Of a stretch of 64,000 nt of DNA, positions 51,730 to 63,550 are shown piece after piece. Origin of the DNA: Thalia democratica (Eukaryota); the NCBI GenBank assembly GCA_965202585.1, contig OZ241827.1, positions 97,898,001 through 97,962,000 on the forward strand, written 5' to 3'. The notes beneath the pieces were generated by a model that ran no database searches, had not been told where the DNA came from, and saw nothing but the letters and a program-made list of their open reading frames with translations. Position numbers and translations under genes: made by a program. The first letter of the stretch is position 1; the number at the start of each line of letters is the position of its first letter.

Positions 51730-52324
51730 AATAAAAGTATAATAAAATAACATTTTTTTTTGTGTTTAAACCAATGATTTAAACAGTAAATAAATTTAAA
51801 ACCAGTTAGAATTATTATACAATCGGGCCATATTTGAAAAAAGTACAATATCTATCGAGAACAACAAAAACCTGAACTAAAAACAGTATAATTATGGGTA
51901 ACTATGTATAAATATTTGAATAACTATTTTTTTCGCCTGATAAGTTTGTATAGTTTTTAAAAATGAAAACAGATAGACATAAGACCAAATAGTCCATCCT
52001 AAGATTTCTAAATTTTATAATACAGTATGTAAAAGTAAATTATTTATTTCGTAATAGGTATTTCTTTATAAACATACTTTATGAACCAAACAATAACAAA
52101 GTCTTAGTTACTCAAAAATAAACAGTAAAAACGATAAATATTTAAATAAATTACTAATCCTACATTTTTTAATCCTACAATTGAAAAACCATTAACACTT
52201 AAGGTTTAAAATTAAAAAGAAAAATTTGAAGTAATAACTTAATATCACATGGGTTGAAAAAAAATTACAAGTGATCTAAAATAATCATCAGAATTTTTCT
52301 TCGCGTTCAATACAAAAAAAAGAC

Positions 52325-52378
52325 GTGTTCGCGGGCTGCAGTTGGCCCACGGACCGCAGTTTGCAAACACATGGTCTA
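52325..52378. mobile_element. Isolated right end of a hAT/Charlie-type MITE
   Basis: GCGGGCTGCAGTTGGCCCACGGACCGCAGTTTGCAAACACATG resembles the common hAT terminus GGCCCGCGGGCCGTAGTTTGCC..CCCTG. Confidence 0.55.
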
Positions 52379-53863
52379 TATCATATTTTATTAATACTAC
52401 TAATTTTTAATAATTAAAAGTTATTTTTATTACTAAATAGAACTAATATAACTAAAATTAGTTCTATTTTAAATATAATTAGTACAAAAAAAAATTTTAT
52501 ATTATATCCAATTTTGGATGCATTTAAAAAAAATGTGCGAAATATAAAATACTTTACAAAGTACGTCAAAATTTTAAATAAAGTGGCTGATAAAGATAAT
52601 TCTAAAATACAAAAGTTGTTCTGTTGTATTAACAAATGACCTTGTAATTTTTTATTTATTATTATTTAACAATCAAAAAGTTATACTATCTTTTTTCTCT
52701 GGGTATTTATAACGCGTAGAGCAATTACTTTTATTATTTATTTTTATTAAATAAATATATCTTTCTTGGTTGAGCTTATTCACAAACTAATTACAAGAAT
52801 GATAAAGTCTGTAATACAAAACATAATTAAAACTAGATAAATACTTATACATCTCCCCCCAGATTTTATCTACGAAGGAGATAAAACAATAAATTTACCT
52901 AGCGAAACAAAATTATTTTAAAACAATTTGTTACAACTTAAACACATTTTTCAGGTCTGAAGTTCAACGAAGTTAAACTCAAAAAATTAAAAACATCTAA
53001 AAAACTACGATTAACTTATTTCAATATTAAATGATTTATTTAATTAAACCACAACTTAAGAAAACAACTGTAACAAAAAGTTTGAAACTTAATCTTTACT
53101 TTTCTTCACTCAGATGCTGAATACAAGCATTCAAAAACTTAATTGCTTCACCGATTTGAACTTTTCAGCATTGAAGAACAAAACGACACGCCATTCATCT
53201 AATTACCTTGAAACTTTACTTAATTTGCTGGTAAACATCTTTACCATAATTTCGACTTCAAACAAAGTAGAAGGTACATTACCGATAGCATTAATTACTG
53301 AGAAATACTGTTACACTTATTTTCCAAACTTTGGTACCAATCAACAGTTCGAATTTTTGAAAGTCAATCTCCGCGTCCTCATCTAAGATTACGTTGAACA
53401 GATGGCTGTTAGACAAGTCTGCTGCAAACTTTATGACGTCACCATTAGACTGAAACTCATTCATTAGTTAGACCATAAAACATTAATTTATAGTGAACAT
53501 TCAAATTTGACAATAAATGAATATCAGCAACATCGGTGTCACGAAGCTTTTGAAAAGCATCATAAAGTCTTACACGGAAACGCTGCAAATAATCCGATAA
53601 TTTCACACACTCATTCAGGACACATTATTGTTCGCAGGTTAACTTTAGTGGTCTGTTTGTTTTTCTGTAGAAAATATAAGTCAAGAAAATATAGATCAAG
53701 GCAAATTTGAGCCATTCCAGTTCAACATCAATTTTGAACAAAACTATTAGTACAGAAGGAAATTACACAATGCTTATTTAAAAAGAATCTTCCTTCTGGA
53801 AATACAGAACATCAAAACTTTTCTTGACATTTTTTTCTCAACTTTACCATAAAAGACAAACTT

Positions 53864-54290
53864 TTACAGTGGTATGTTTGCTTTTCTAAGATAAGGGATA
53901 CTACTTAGATATTTGCAAATAAGAGGGGTAAGTCTTCTTAGAAACTTACGATTTTGAACAGTTAAGCGACCTGATCCATCAACCTTGATCACACATTGAT
54001 GGCAGTCCTTCACTTCCATCACTAATTGACTTTTCTCCCACTTGCTAGGAAACTTAGCTGTTTGGTTTAGTATCACGACATGATCACCGCTATTCAGTGT
54101 TGGCAACGATTTTGTGTTCTCACCTATATTTTCCAAGGCTTAACAAAATGAATATTGAGAAATTCTTCCTTTTTATTCCAAACGTCACGCCACATTTTTG
54201 AGATCTGCGGGTTATTGTAAGCCACAACACTCTTTCTGACGTAAGGTAATGAATTGGACGTAGGTGAGGATTGTTTTTGGATTTGTGCGG
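53864..54290 (-). pseudogene. Gypsy integrase C-terminal (GPF/SH3-like) remnant
   Basis: LPTLNSGDHVVILNQ..FPSKWEKSQLVMEVKDCHQCVIKVDGSGRLTVQNRKFLRRL matches the usual pattern of Gypsy integrase tails. Confidence 0.75.
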
Positions 54291-54419
54291 TTTTTGTCGC
54301 CATCCAGTGTGTAGAAATATATTTTTCTGTCCGTGTACCACCTTTTTCTTCTTTACGTTTTTACACTCAAACATATTCTTCCTACGACCTCGGATGCAAA
54401 AGCTATCAGAATTATTAGT

Positions 54420-55580
54420 AGACAATCCACCAACCAGTAGTGCATTTGACTCATCAACTTTATTTTGGTGACTTTAATTAACTTTTTTACTGCACTTTAT
54501 CCAGCATTGTTTACAGGCAGAACACTCAATATATCTCATGTTTTTACTGCTCCAAACAAATTTATCAGTTGATTTATTACATATACCACAAGTTATTTTA
54601 CCACTTGGTTTTTGTGTGGTTTTCTTTAAGGATTTGTATACATTTGGTGTATATAATCCACTAACTAGAAGTGCATTTGACTCATCAGCATAACTTTGGT
54701 GACTTTGATAATCTTTTTTACAGGACTTTATCCAGCATTATTTACAGGCAGAACACTCATTATACCTCATATTTTTACTGCTCCAAACAAATTTATCAGT
54801 TGATTTATTACATATACCACAAGTTATTTTACCACTTGGTTTTTGTGTGGTTTTCTTTGAGGATTTATATGAGAAAACTGAGGCTGTAACAGCGGGTTTT
54901 GACATTGCATCACGTGCCATCTCTTTACCTTCTATAAAACCGATTGTCTCATTGATATTTTTCTCATCTAGATTTTCCCATCCTAGTACCTCTTTACGGA
55001 TATCCTCATCAGCTAAACCTGTTACCATGAAATCTTTTAGAATTATGTCTGTAAAATCTATCATTTGATTACAGCCATCCTTTGGGCATTTACATGTGTA
55101 CGAGCATGTACTGGCTTTTCTCTTTAAACGTGCAGCAAATGATCTAGTGTTTTCAGTCGAATCCTGTCTTGCACTAAGAAAGTCTGATCGTCGTACAACA
55201 ACTGAAACAGGAATAACTGCAAGCTGCTTGATCATCCTTAAAAGCTCTTGCTCACTTAAATTTACTACATCTTCATGACCCTTCAGAAGAGCATCGCCTA
55301 TATCTTCCTCACAGCACTGGTACAGTTGACGGCCTTTTTCTACTTCTGTCATCTCCATGTTATCTTTGAAAATAGTCCCATTTTGTACAAATATATTCCA
55401 ACCCTCTTCATTGCACTCTGTCCCTATTCAAGGACGGTCCATCTTTTGAGGCTTTGGTTTTGAAGAATTTGCATAAATGTGAACGTTGTTGTGAATGATA
55501 AGCAAAGAAGCAACTACAGAAGCATCGACGTCTGGTGTTTCATATGTGCAACTCTCAAGAGGGCATTTAATCACAGGCAT
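54420..55580 (-). pseudogene. Gypsy gag pseudogene
   Basis: Starts MPVIKCPLESCTYET...LLIIHNNVH (C2H2-like), then has a stop and a frameshift. Continues as ORF 55358-54738 with RRSDFLSARQDSTENTRSFAARLKRKASTC and LKDFMVTGLADEDIRKEVL, then a duplicated Cys-rich tail. Confidence 0.85.
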
Positions 55581-56164
55581 TGTTGATTTAATTTAGCTAG
55601 ACTTTATCATAAATAAATATATCTTTCTTGGTTGATTTTATTCACAAACTAATTACAAGAATGATAAAGTCTGTATACAAAACATAATTAAAACAAGGTA
55701 AATACTTATACAATACTGATTTCAAACTGAAAGTAAACAGATTCAAACTATGTGACAAACATAAATTTTGTATTTGTACTACATAGAATTTGAAAATATC
55801 TTAATCACAATTAGCAGCTCATTTTAGTTAAGCTGTAATTGAGATTTTGACAAACAGCTCACTTTAAAATACTAAGATACTCTAAAAACGATAAATACAA
55901 CAAAACTTTAAAAGTTCACAATAAGAATTTTTGGAATTCTATTGTTACGTTCACGGTTTTACATGTACTATTTTTATTTTAATACAATCAAAATGTATAG
56001 TTTTGCATGCATTTTATTCTCTGCTATAACAAATTAAAACTTTTATATTGTTTGTCAGTGCTAGAACACAAGTACAAATCGTAAACGATAAGCTAAAAAA
56101 ATTTTTCAACCTAGCTTATCGCTTTGATGTAAACCTAAAAAAAAATTACTGGAAATCTCCTTAA

Positions 56165-56283
56165 TGACGTGAAAACAGTAAACCCGTACACTTTTAGTTA
56201 AAATATTAGTATAAATTTTTGCTGACTTTAAAAGTATGTGTAGCATTTCGTTCTCAAGTATTTGTACCAGAGATAATTATGTT
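56165..56283 (-). other. Bipartite module, distal stem arm lost
   Basis: TGACGTGA ... TATTTGTACCAG; spacing 99. Confidence 0.6.
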
Positions 56284-57494
56284 TATAAAAAAGCTGATTT
56301 GTGCAAACAATTGCGTTATTTGTTTATTCTGTCAGTTGTAAAACGTTGCTAAGAGTTAAAAAAAAATATTTAACTGCTGTTTTTACGTTCATTGTAATTG
56401 TTATTTTGGCATTTTGTTTATTAAATGTGTATAAGTGTGTTTTCCATTTTACGACAAAACAGTTAAGCTAAAATTAACAAAAAACAGTTATGATTTGCAA
56501 AAAGACTTTTTCAAATGATCCTTTTTATTTTCATATACGGCAATCTTATACGGCATCTATTCAGACTGATAAATATTTTTTTCAATATATATATGAAAAT
56601 TTGTTAATTACCATTATGACATCAAATACTTTGCTAAGATATTTCTAGATAAACTCTTAATAGTATAAGACGCTTATAGGTTTTTATCTACAACAGATAT
56701 ATTTGGGTTTAAATGATATATAAAAACTAATGTTCGTTTAATATATATTTATTTTGTTCTGTTACAGTTCAAGTTATTTATTAATGTTATTCTAAAATTT
56801 ATTGTTTTGTTTTTAATAATCCTTAATAAATCGCTCAATTTAAAATAGTAATATTAAAACCGTTTTTTAATGTGTTTTATAAATTTATTTGATTCAAGTT
56901 TTGTTTGTGTTATTTTTTAATTTCTATTTTTTGTTCGGTTTACTAATTTGATTAAAATGTTCCAAAAAATCTTATTTTTCTAAACATACAAATTAGTTCA
57001 TTTTAATTAACATTTAGTAATTTTAATAAGAGCTGCTTATACAAAGTAAACTTAATAAAATAACACATATTTACTTCAACTGCGTTTTTTTTCCTTTATT
57101 ACTAACTTATTGTTTCAGTAAACTATATCATTATAAAAAACATAGTTACAAACCCATATAACTAAATCAAAACAAACCTTTATTATACGTTAATAGAGTA
57201 TATACTAATAGTTGTAGTTTTTCCATGTAAAGAATACTAACTAAGCACTACAAAATTTATAATTTCTAATATTTAAATATAAATACATAAATATTTTAGC
57301 AAAAAATATTATCGTAATGACGTAAGTGTAGAACTCCTAAAAAATATTTAAAAACATTAATATATTAATTGCAATAATTTCAATATTTGAGTTATTGATT
57401 GAAAGTATTTTTTTTAAATTAACTTATATTGATAAAAGTAATAGCATATTTATATGTTTGTTTAGTACAAGTTTTATTCACAAAACCCTAGTAG

Positions 57495-57613
57495 TGACGT
57501 AGGATTAAAATTCCAGTTATTTTTTTAAAAGTGTTTTATTTATATTCATACTCAGTGATACAATATCACTGTGCCTTTCGGACTAAAATTTTCACCACAA
57601 AAACAGTGGTTTT
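57495..57613 (-). other. Bipartite module, ACCAC/GTGGT type
   Basis: TGACGTAG ... TTTC-ACCAC-AAAAACA-GTGGT-TT; spacing 97. Confidence 0.8.
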
Positions 57614-58687
57614 ATTTTAACTGGTTTAAAAATTAAAAGTAAAAAAAAAGCCTTATGCTGTATTTCAAACTTACACATCCGTCACTAAAACTTCTGACAA
57701 AAAAATTGATTGACTTGCTTATTTAATTGTTGTATTCTGAACATTGTATCATATGTAAATTAAAAAAAAACTTTTGTATACTTTATCTGAAAAAAATGGT
57801 TTAAGTTTATTTATATAAACAAAACTTAGTTTTTTAAATACTTGATTACTTTTTATTTCTATATTTTTTTTTACAAAAATTTTAGGTTTTAATACTACTT
57901 TTATAAAACGCAAGTATATTTAAATTGATAGAAAGTAATAATAATATGAACGCTTTTAAACTCCTGCGTTTTCTTTGTTTGTATTTTTTGTATGAGAATC
58001 TATAGTTAATGATAAATAATAAACTTTTTAATACAACAAAAAGCAATTGTCTTTGAGACTGTTTTTAAAACAGAGTTTTTGTTTGCTAATTTTTGATTTT
58101 ATTGCTACACTAGTTCGATAAATTTAATACCGAAAAATAATGTTTTTTATTTTTAATTACATTTTAAATTAAGTTGCTTCTAACTTCTTGCTGATATTTA
58201 AATAAAACTAATTCATAGTTTCCAAAACTTGTTTTAAATTGCATTAAACTACATTCAGCTAAACTTATTTATATATATATATCATGTAATTAAATGTTTG
58301 AAGTTACCACTTACTATCTTGGGTAAATACTTTAATATTAGAAATAATCTAATTTCAAAGTCATGTGTTTAAAAACTAAAAGAATAGTAAATTAAAAAAT
58401 TGGTTTGTTTAATGACTTAAAATAATAAAATTTACGATAACAATTTATAATAATCTTAGGCAGATCTTAGTTGTGAACATTAAATGCAGTTGCGATATAA
58501 AAAATCACTTTCTGTTTTTATAATTCATTTTAATTTTAGACGAATCAAGAAATCAAGCAAAAGAGTTCTGAACATTTTGACAAATATCAAACTAAAAAAC
58601 TACTAAAGTTCATGCAACGCTGGTATTTATAAAAAAATTTGAATCACAGTAGACTTTAGTTTGTGTATACTTATAATAGTAGTTTGG

Positions 58688-61600
58688 AAGTACAAGCAAA
58701 TAATACTATAGTATACACTTATGGTTTTAAAAAGGTTGTTTTTATATTTTTTTACAACTAAATAATAAATATAAAAATAAAAAGCTTAACGAACCATTTA
58801 AGATATTTTTCATTCAAATTATAAAACAATTGTAAGTTTCATTGACAAATTTTCGAACTTATCAAAGTAGTAAAATATTTTATGTTATCAAAGATTATTT
58901 ATGTAATCGGTAGATAATTAAGAAACATAAGAAAAATATATTTTTTTTAAATCATATATGTACTTTCATTCAGAACATAATAAATAAATTGTATGGCTTC
59001 ATTGAGTGATGAATACAAGATATTTACTTAATTTGTCTTAAATATAAATTTTAATAAAGTTGAACAAAACTTAAAAAAAAAACAGAAATTATCTTTTTCC
59101 ACCGTTATCAACTTTCAGATTTCTATATAGTTTCAATTATACGTAAACCTAGAAAAGATAAATGTGCTTAGTGTGAAATAAAAATTTTATAGCTGTTTAA
59201 AAACAGCTTTCAAATTTAGTAGAAAACGTAACGACGATTAACATTAATACAGTATTAATAACACTCTTTGCGTTTTGTGTACATTAGCTAAACTCAGATA
59301 ATTACCACGAATTTTTATTTGTGACGTCACAAAACGCTTTATGATGCAACTTTTAATAAAATAAAAAAATTAAATTTAAATAAGCCAAAGTTCTAAATTT
59401 AATCAAAAAACATAAATTTAATAAATTGTGCATTATAAGTGTTATTGAGCTACCTGAAATACCAACTTATTTAAAATGTAATGTTTAATTTAAAATTAAA
59501 ACCAATAATTCATAGTTCTATATCTTAATAAAATAATTTTGGCGTATTTAATAAAATACTTAAAAAACGTGATTTGGTTAGGAAGTTTTACATGAAATAA
59601 ATTTTTTTTAAATATTCTATACAAAAAAATCTTCAATATTTTTATAATGCTTTTCACTATTACTTTTACTATATCAGGCACAAAGTTTATTCTTTCTATA
59701 ACTTAAATGTTATAAAAAAGTAAGTACATTTCGTATTTATGCATAGAATTAAAAAATACTTTTAATCTACAGTTTTAAAAAAAAATTTCTGAGATATTTA
59801 GTTCATATGTTTTAGTATTGAAACTATATATAGTTTTTAAGTTTTTAGATTGATTTGCTACTACTTTTTTAAGACTATCGTGCTTTTTTTATAACATCCT
59901 ATTAATTTGTATATATCATTTTATTCAAAGAAACAAAATAAAATATTTTGCTAATACTTTAATGGTATATAAGGTGATATATAATATGTAAAATTTATTT
60001 TAGCTACAAATATATTTAAAATAATATTCTATTTGTAAGTGTAAAACTTTTAAATAAACGATAATTAACCGTTTTTAAATGAAATTTATTATCATTTATA
60101 GTTTTAATTTGTACTAAAAATACAGAATTTTTTTTGTAAAAAAACATATCAACTTGCAGAAAAAAAAGTTAATAAGTACAAGCAATTAATACTTTAGTAT
60201 ATACTTATGGTTTTAAAAAGGTTGTTTTAATATTTTTTTACAACTAAATAATAAATATAAAAATAAAAAGCTTAACGAATCATTTAAGATATTTTTCATT
60301 CAAATTATGAAACAATTGTAAGTTTGATTAATCAATTTTCGAACTTATCATAGTTGTAAAATATTTTATGTTATCAAAGATTATTTATGTAATCGGTAGA
60401 TAATTAAGAAACATAAAAAAATTATTGTTTTTAAAACATATATGTACTTTCATTCAGAACATAACAAACAGATTTGTATGGCTTTAATGATTGATGAAGA
60501 CAAGATATTTACTTAATTTCTCTTATATAAAACTTTTAATAAAGTTAAACAAACATTAGAAAATACCAGAAATTATCTTTTCCCACCGTTTATCAACTAT
60601 CAGATTTCTAAATAAGTTCAATTATATGTAAACCTAGAAATGATAAATGTCCTTAGTGTGAAATAAAAACTTTATAGCTGTTTAAAAACAGCTTTCTAAA
60701 TTAGTAAAAAACGTAATGACGATTAACATTAATACAGTATTAATAACATAAATTTGCGTTTTGAATATATTAGCTGAATTCAGATATTTACCACGAATTT
60801 TAATTCGTGACGTCACAAAACGCTTTACAATGCAACTTTTATTGAAATAAAAAAAATTTAAACAAGCCAAAGTTCTAAATTTAATCAAAAAACATAAGTT
60901 TAATAAATTGTGCATTATAAGTGTTATTTAGCTACCTGAAATAACAACTTATTTTGAATGTAATGTTTAATTTAAAATTAAAACCGATAATTCTATTTCC
61001 ATATCTTAATAAGATAATTATGGCGTATTTAATAAAATTCTTAAAAAACTTGATTTGGTTAGGAAATTTTAAATGAAAAAAATACTTTTTCAACTATTCT
61101 ATACAAAAAAATCGTTAGTATTTTTATAATGCTTTTCACTATTACTTTTACTATATCAGGCACAAAATTTATTCTTTCTATAACTTAAATGTTATAAAAA
61201 AGTAAGTACATTTCGTATTAATGCATAGACTTTAAATATACTTTTAACCTACTATTAATATATTTTTTTCCGAGATATATAGTTCATATGTTTTAGTTTT
61301 AAAATTATATATAGTTTTTTAGTTTTTAGATTGATTTACTACTACTTAGTATAAGACTATTGCTGTTTTTTTTATAACATCCTATTAATTTGTATATATC
61401 ATTTTACTCACAGAAACTAAACAAAAAATTTTGCTAATACTTGGATGGTATATAAGGTAATATAAAATATGTAAAATTTATTTTAGCTTACAAATATATT
61501 CAAAAGAATATTTTTATTGTAATTGTAAAATCATTTTGTAAAACTTTTTAAGAAACGACAATTAACCGTTTTTAAATGCAGTTTATTATCATTTATAGTT

Positions 61601-63550
61601 GGAATTTGTACAAAAAATACAGAATTTTTTTTTTTTAATATATCAACTTGCAGAAAAAAAAATTAATAAATACAAGCAAATAATACTATAGTATACACTT
61701 ATGGTTTTAAAAAGGTTGTTTTTATACTAATTTTACACTTAATAATAAATATAGAATATGAAGCCTAACAAACCATTTAAGATATTTTTTATTCAAATAC
61801 AAAAACAATTGTAAGTTTGATTGACCAATTTTTGAACTTATCATAGTTGTAAAATATTTTATGTTATCAAAGATTATTTATGTAATCGGTAGATAATTAA
61901 GAAACATAAGAAAAATATTTTTTTTAAATCACATATGTACTTTCATTCAGAACATAACAAAAAGATTTGTATGGCTTTAATGATTGATGAAGACAAGATA
62001 TTTACTTAATTTGTCTTAAATAAAACTTTTAATAAAGTTAAACAAACATTAGATAATATACAGAAATTATGTTTTTCGACCGTTTATTAACTATCAGATT
62101 TCTAAATAATTTCAATTATATGTAAACCTAGAAAAGATAAATGTACTTAGTGTGAAATAAAAACTTTCTAGCTTTTTGAAAGGAGCATTCAAAATTAGTT
62201 GAAAACGTAACGACGATTAACATTAATACAGTATTAATTACATTGCTCTACGCCTAGAATATATTAGCTGAATTCAGATAATTACCACGAATTTTTATTA
62301 GTAACGTCACAAAACGCTATACAATCCAACTTTGTTAAGGAAAAAAAAAAGATAATTTTAAACAAGCCAAAGTTCTAAATTTAATCAAAAAAAGTGCATT
62401 ATAAGTGTTATTTAGCTACCTGAAATAACGACTAATTTTGAATGTAATGTTTAATTTAAAATTAAAACCAATAGTTCATAGTTCTATATCTTAATAAAAT
62501 AATTATGGCGTTTTTAATAAAATACTTAAAAAACGTGATTTGTTTAGGATGTTTTATATGAAAAGAACTTTTTTCTAAATATTCAATACAAAAAAATCTT
62601 TAATATTTTTATAATGCTTTTAACTATTACTTTTACTATATCAGGCACAAAATTTATTCTTTATGTACTTAATTTTTATGAAAAAAGTAAGTACATTTCG
62701 TAATGATGCATAAACTTAAAAACTACTTTTAACTTACAGTTTTAAAATATATTTCTGAGATATATAGTTCATATGTTTTAGTTTTAAAATTATATATATT
62801 TCTTAAGTTTTTAGATTTAATTACTTCTACTTTTTTTAAGACTATTGTTCTCGTTTTGACATCATCCTATATATCTGTATGTAGCATTTTACTCACAGAA
62901 ACTTAATAAAATATTTTTCTAGATACTTGGATGGTATATAATGTGAAATATAATATTTAAAATTTAATTTAGATTCAAAATATATTTAAAATGATATTTT
63001 ATTTCTTATTGCAAAATCTTTTTTAAAACTTTTTAAGAAACGATAATTAACTGTTTTTAAATGCAATTTATTTTCATTTATTGTAATAATTTATACAAAA
63101 AGTAAAGAATTTTTTTTGAAAAAAAATATATCAACTTGCAGAAAAAAAAAGTTAATAAGTACAACCAATTAATACTTTAGTATACACTTATGGTTTTAAA
63201 AAGGTTGTTTTTATATTAATTTTACAACTAAATAGTAAATGTAAAAATAAGAAGCCTAACGAACCATTTAAAATACTATTATTCAAATACAAAAACAATT
63301 GTACATTTAATTGACCAATTTTCAAATTTATCAAAATATAAAAAAAATTTTGTTAACAAAGATTTTTTATGTAATCGGTAGATAATTAAGAAACATAAGA
63401 AAAAAACCTTTTTTTTTAAAATCATATATGTACTTTTGTTCAGAACATAACAAATAGATTTGTATGGCTTGAATCATTGATGAAGACAAGATATTTACTT
63501 AATTTCTCTTAAATAAAATTTTTAATAAAATTAAACAAACATTAGAAAAT
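58688..63550 (+). repeat. Tandem array, ~1.49-kb period, about 3.3 units
   Basis: The anchor TACAAGCAA..AATACT.TAGTATACACTTATGGTTTTAAAAAGG recurs at 58691, 60177, 61671 and 63160 (periods 1486, 1494, 1489). Units are colinear with scattered substitutions; no ORF is conserved between them. Confidence 0.95.

Larger units (their letters stand above)
52748..55712 (-). mobile_element. Internally deleted Gypsy (Metaviridae) LTR retrotransposon with very short LTRs
   Basis: Direct repeats 52748-52851 and 55610-55712 start TGTATAAG on the minus strand. PPT GGGGGGAGA abuts the 3' LTR (52852-52861). Gag remnant and integrase C-terminus present; protease, RT, RNase H and integrase core absent. No TSD seen. 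Confidence 0.88.
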
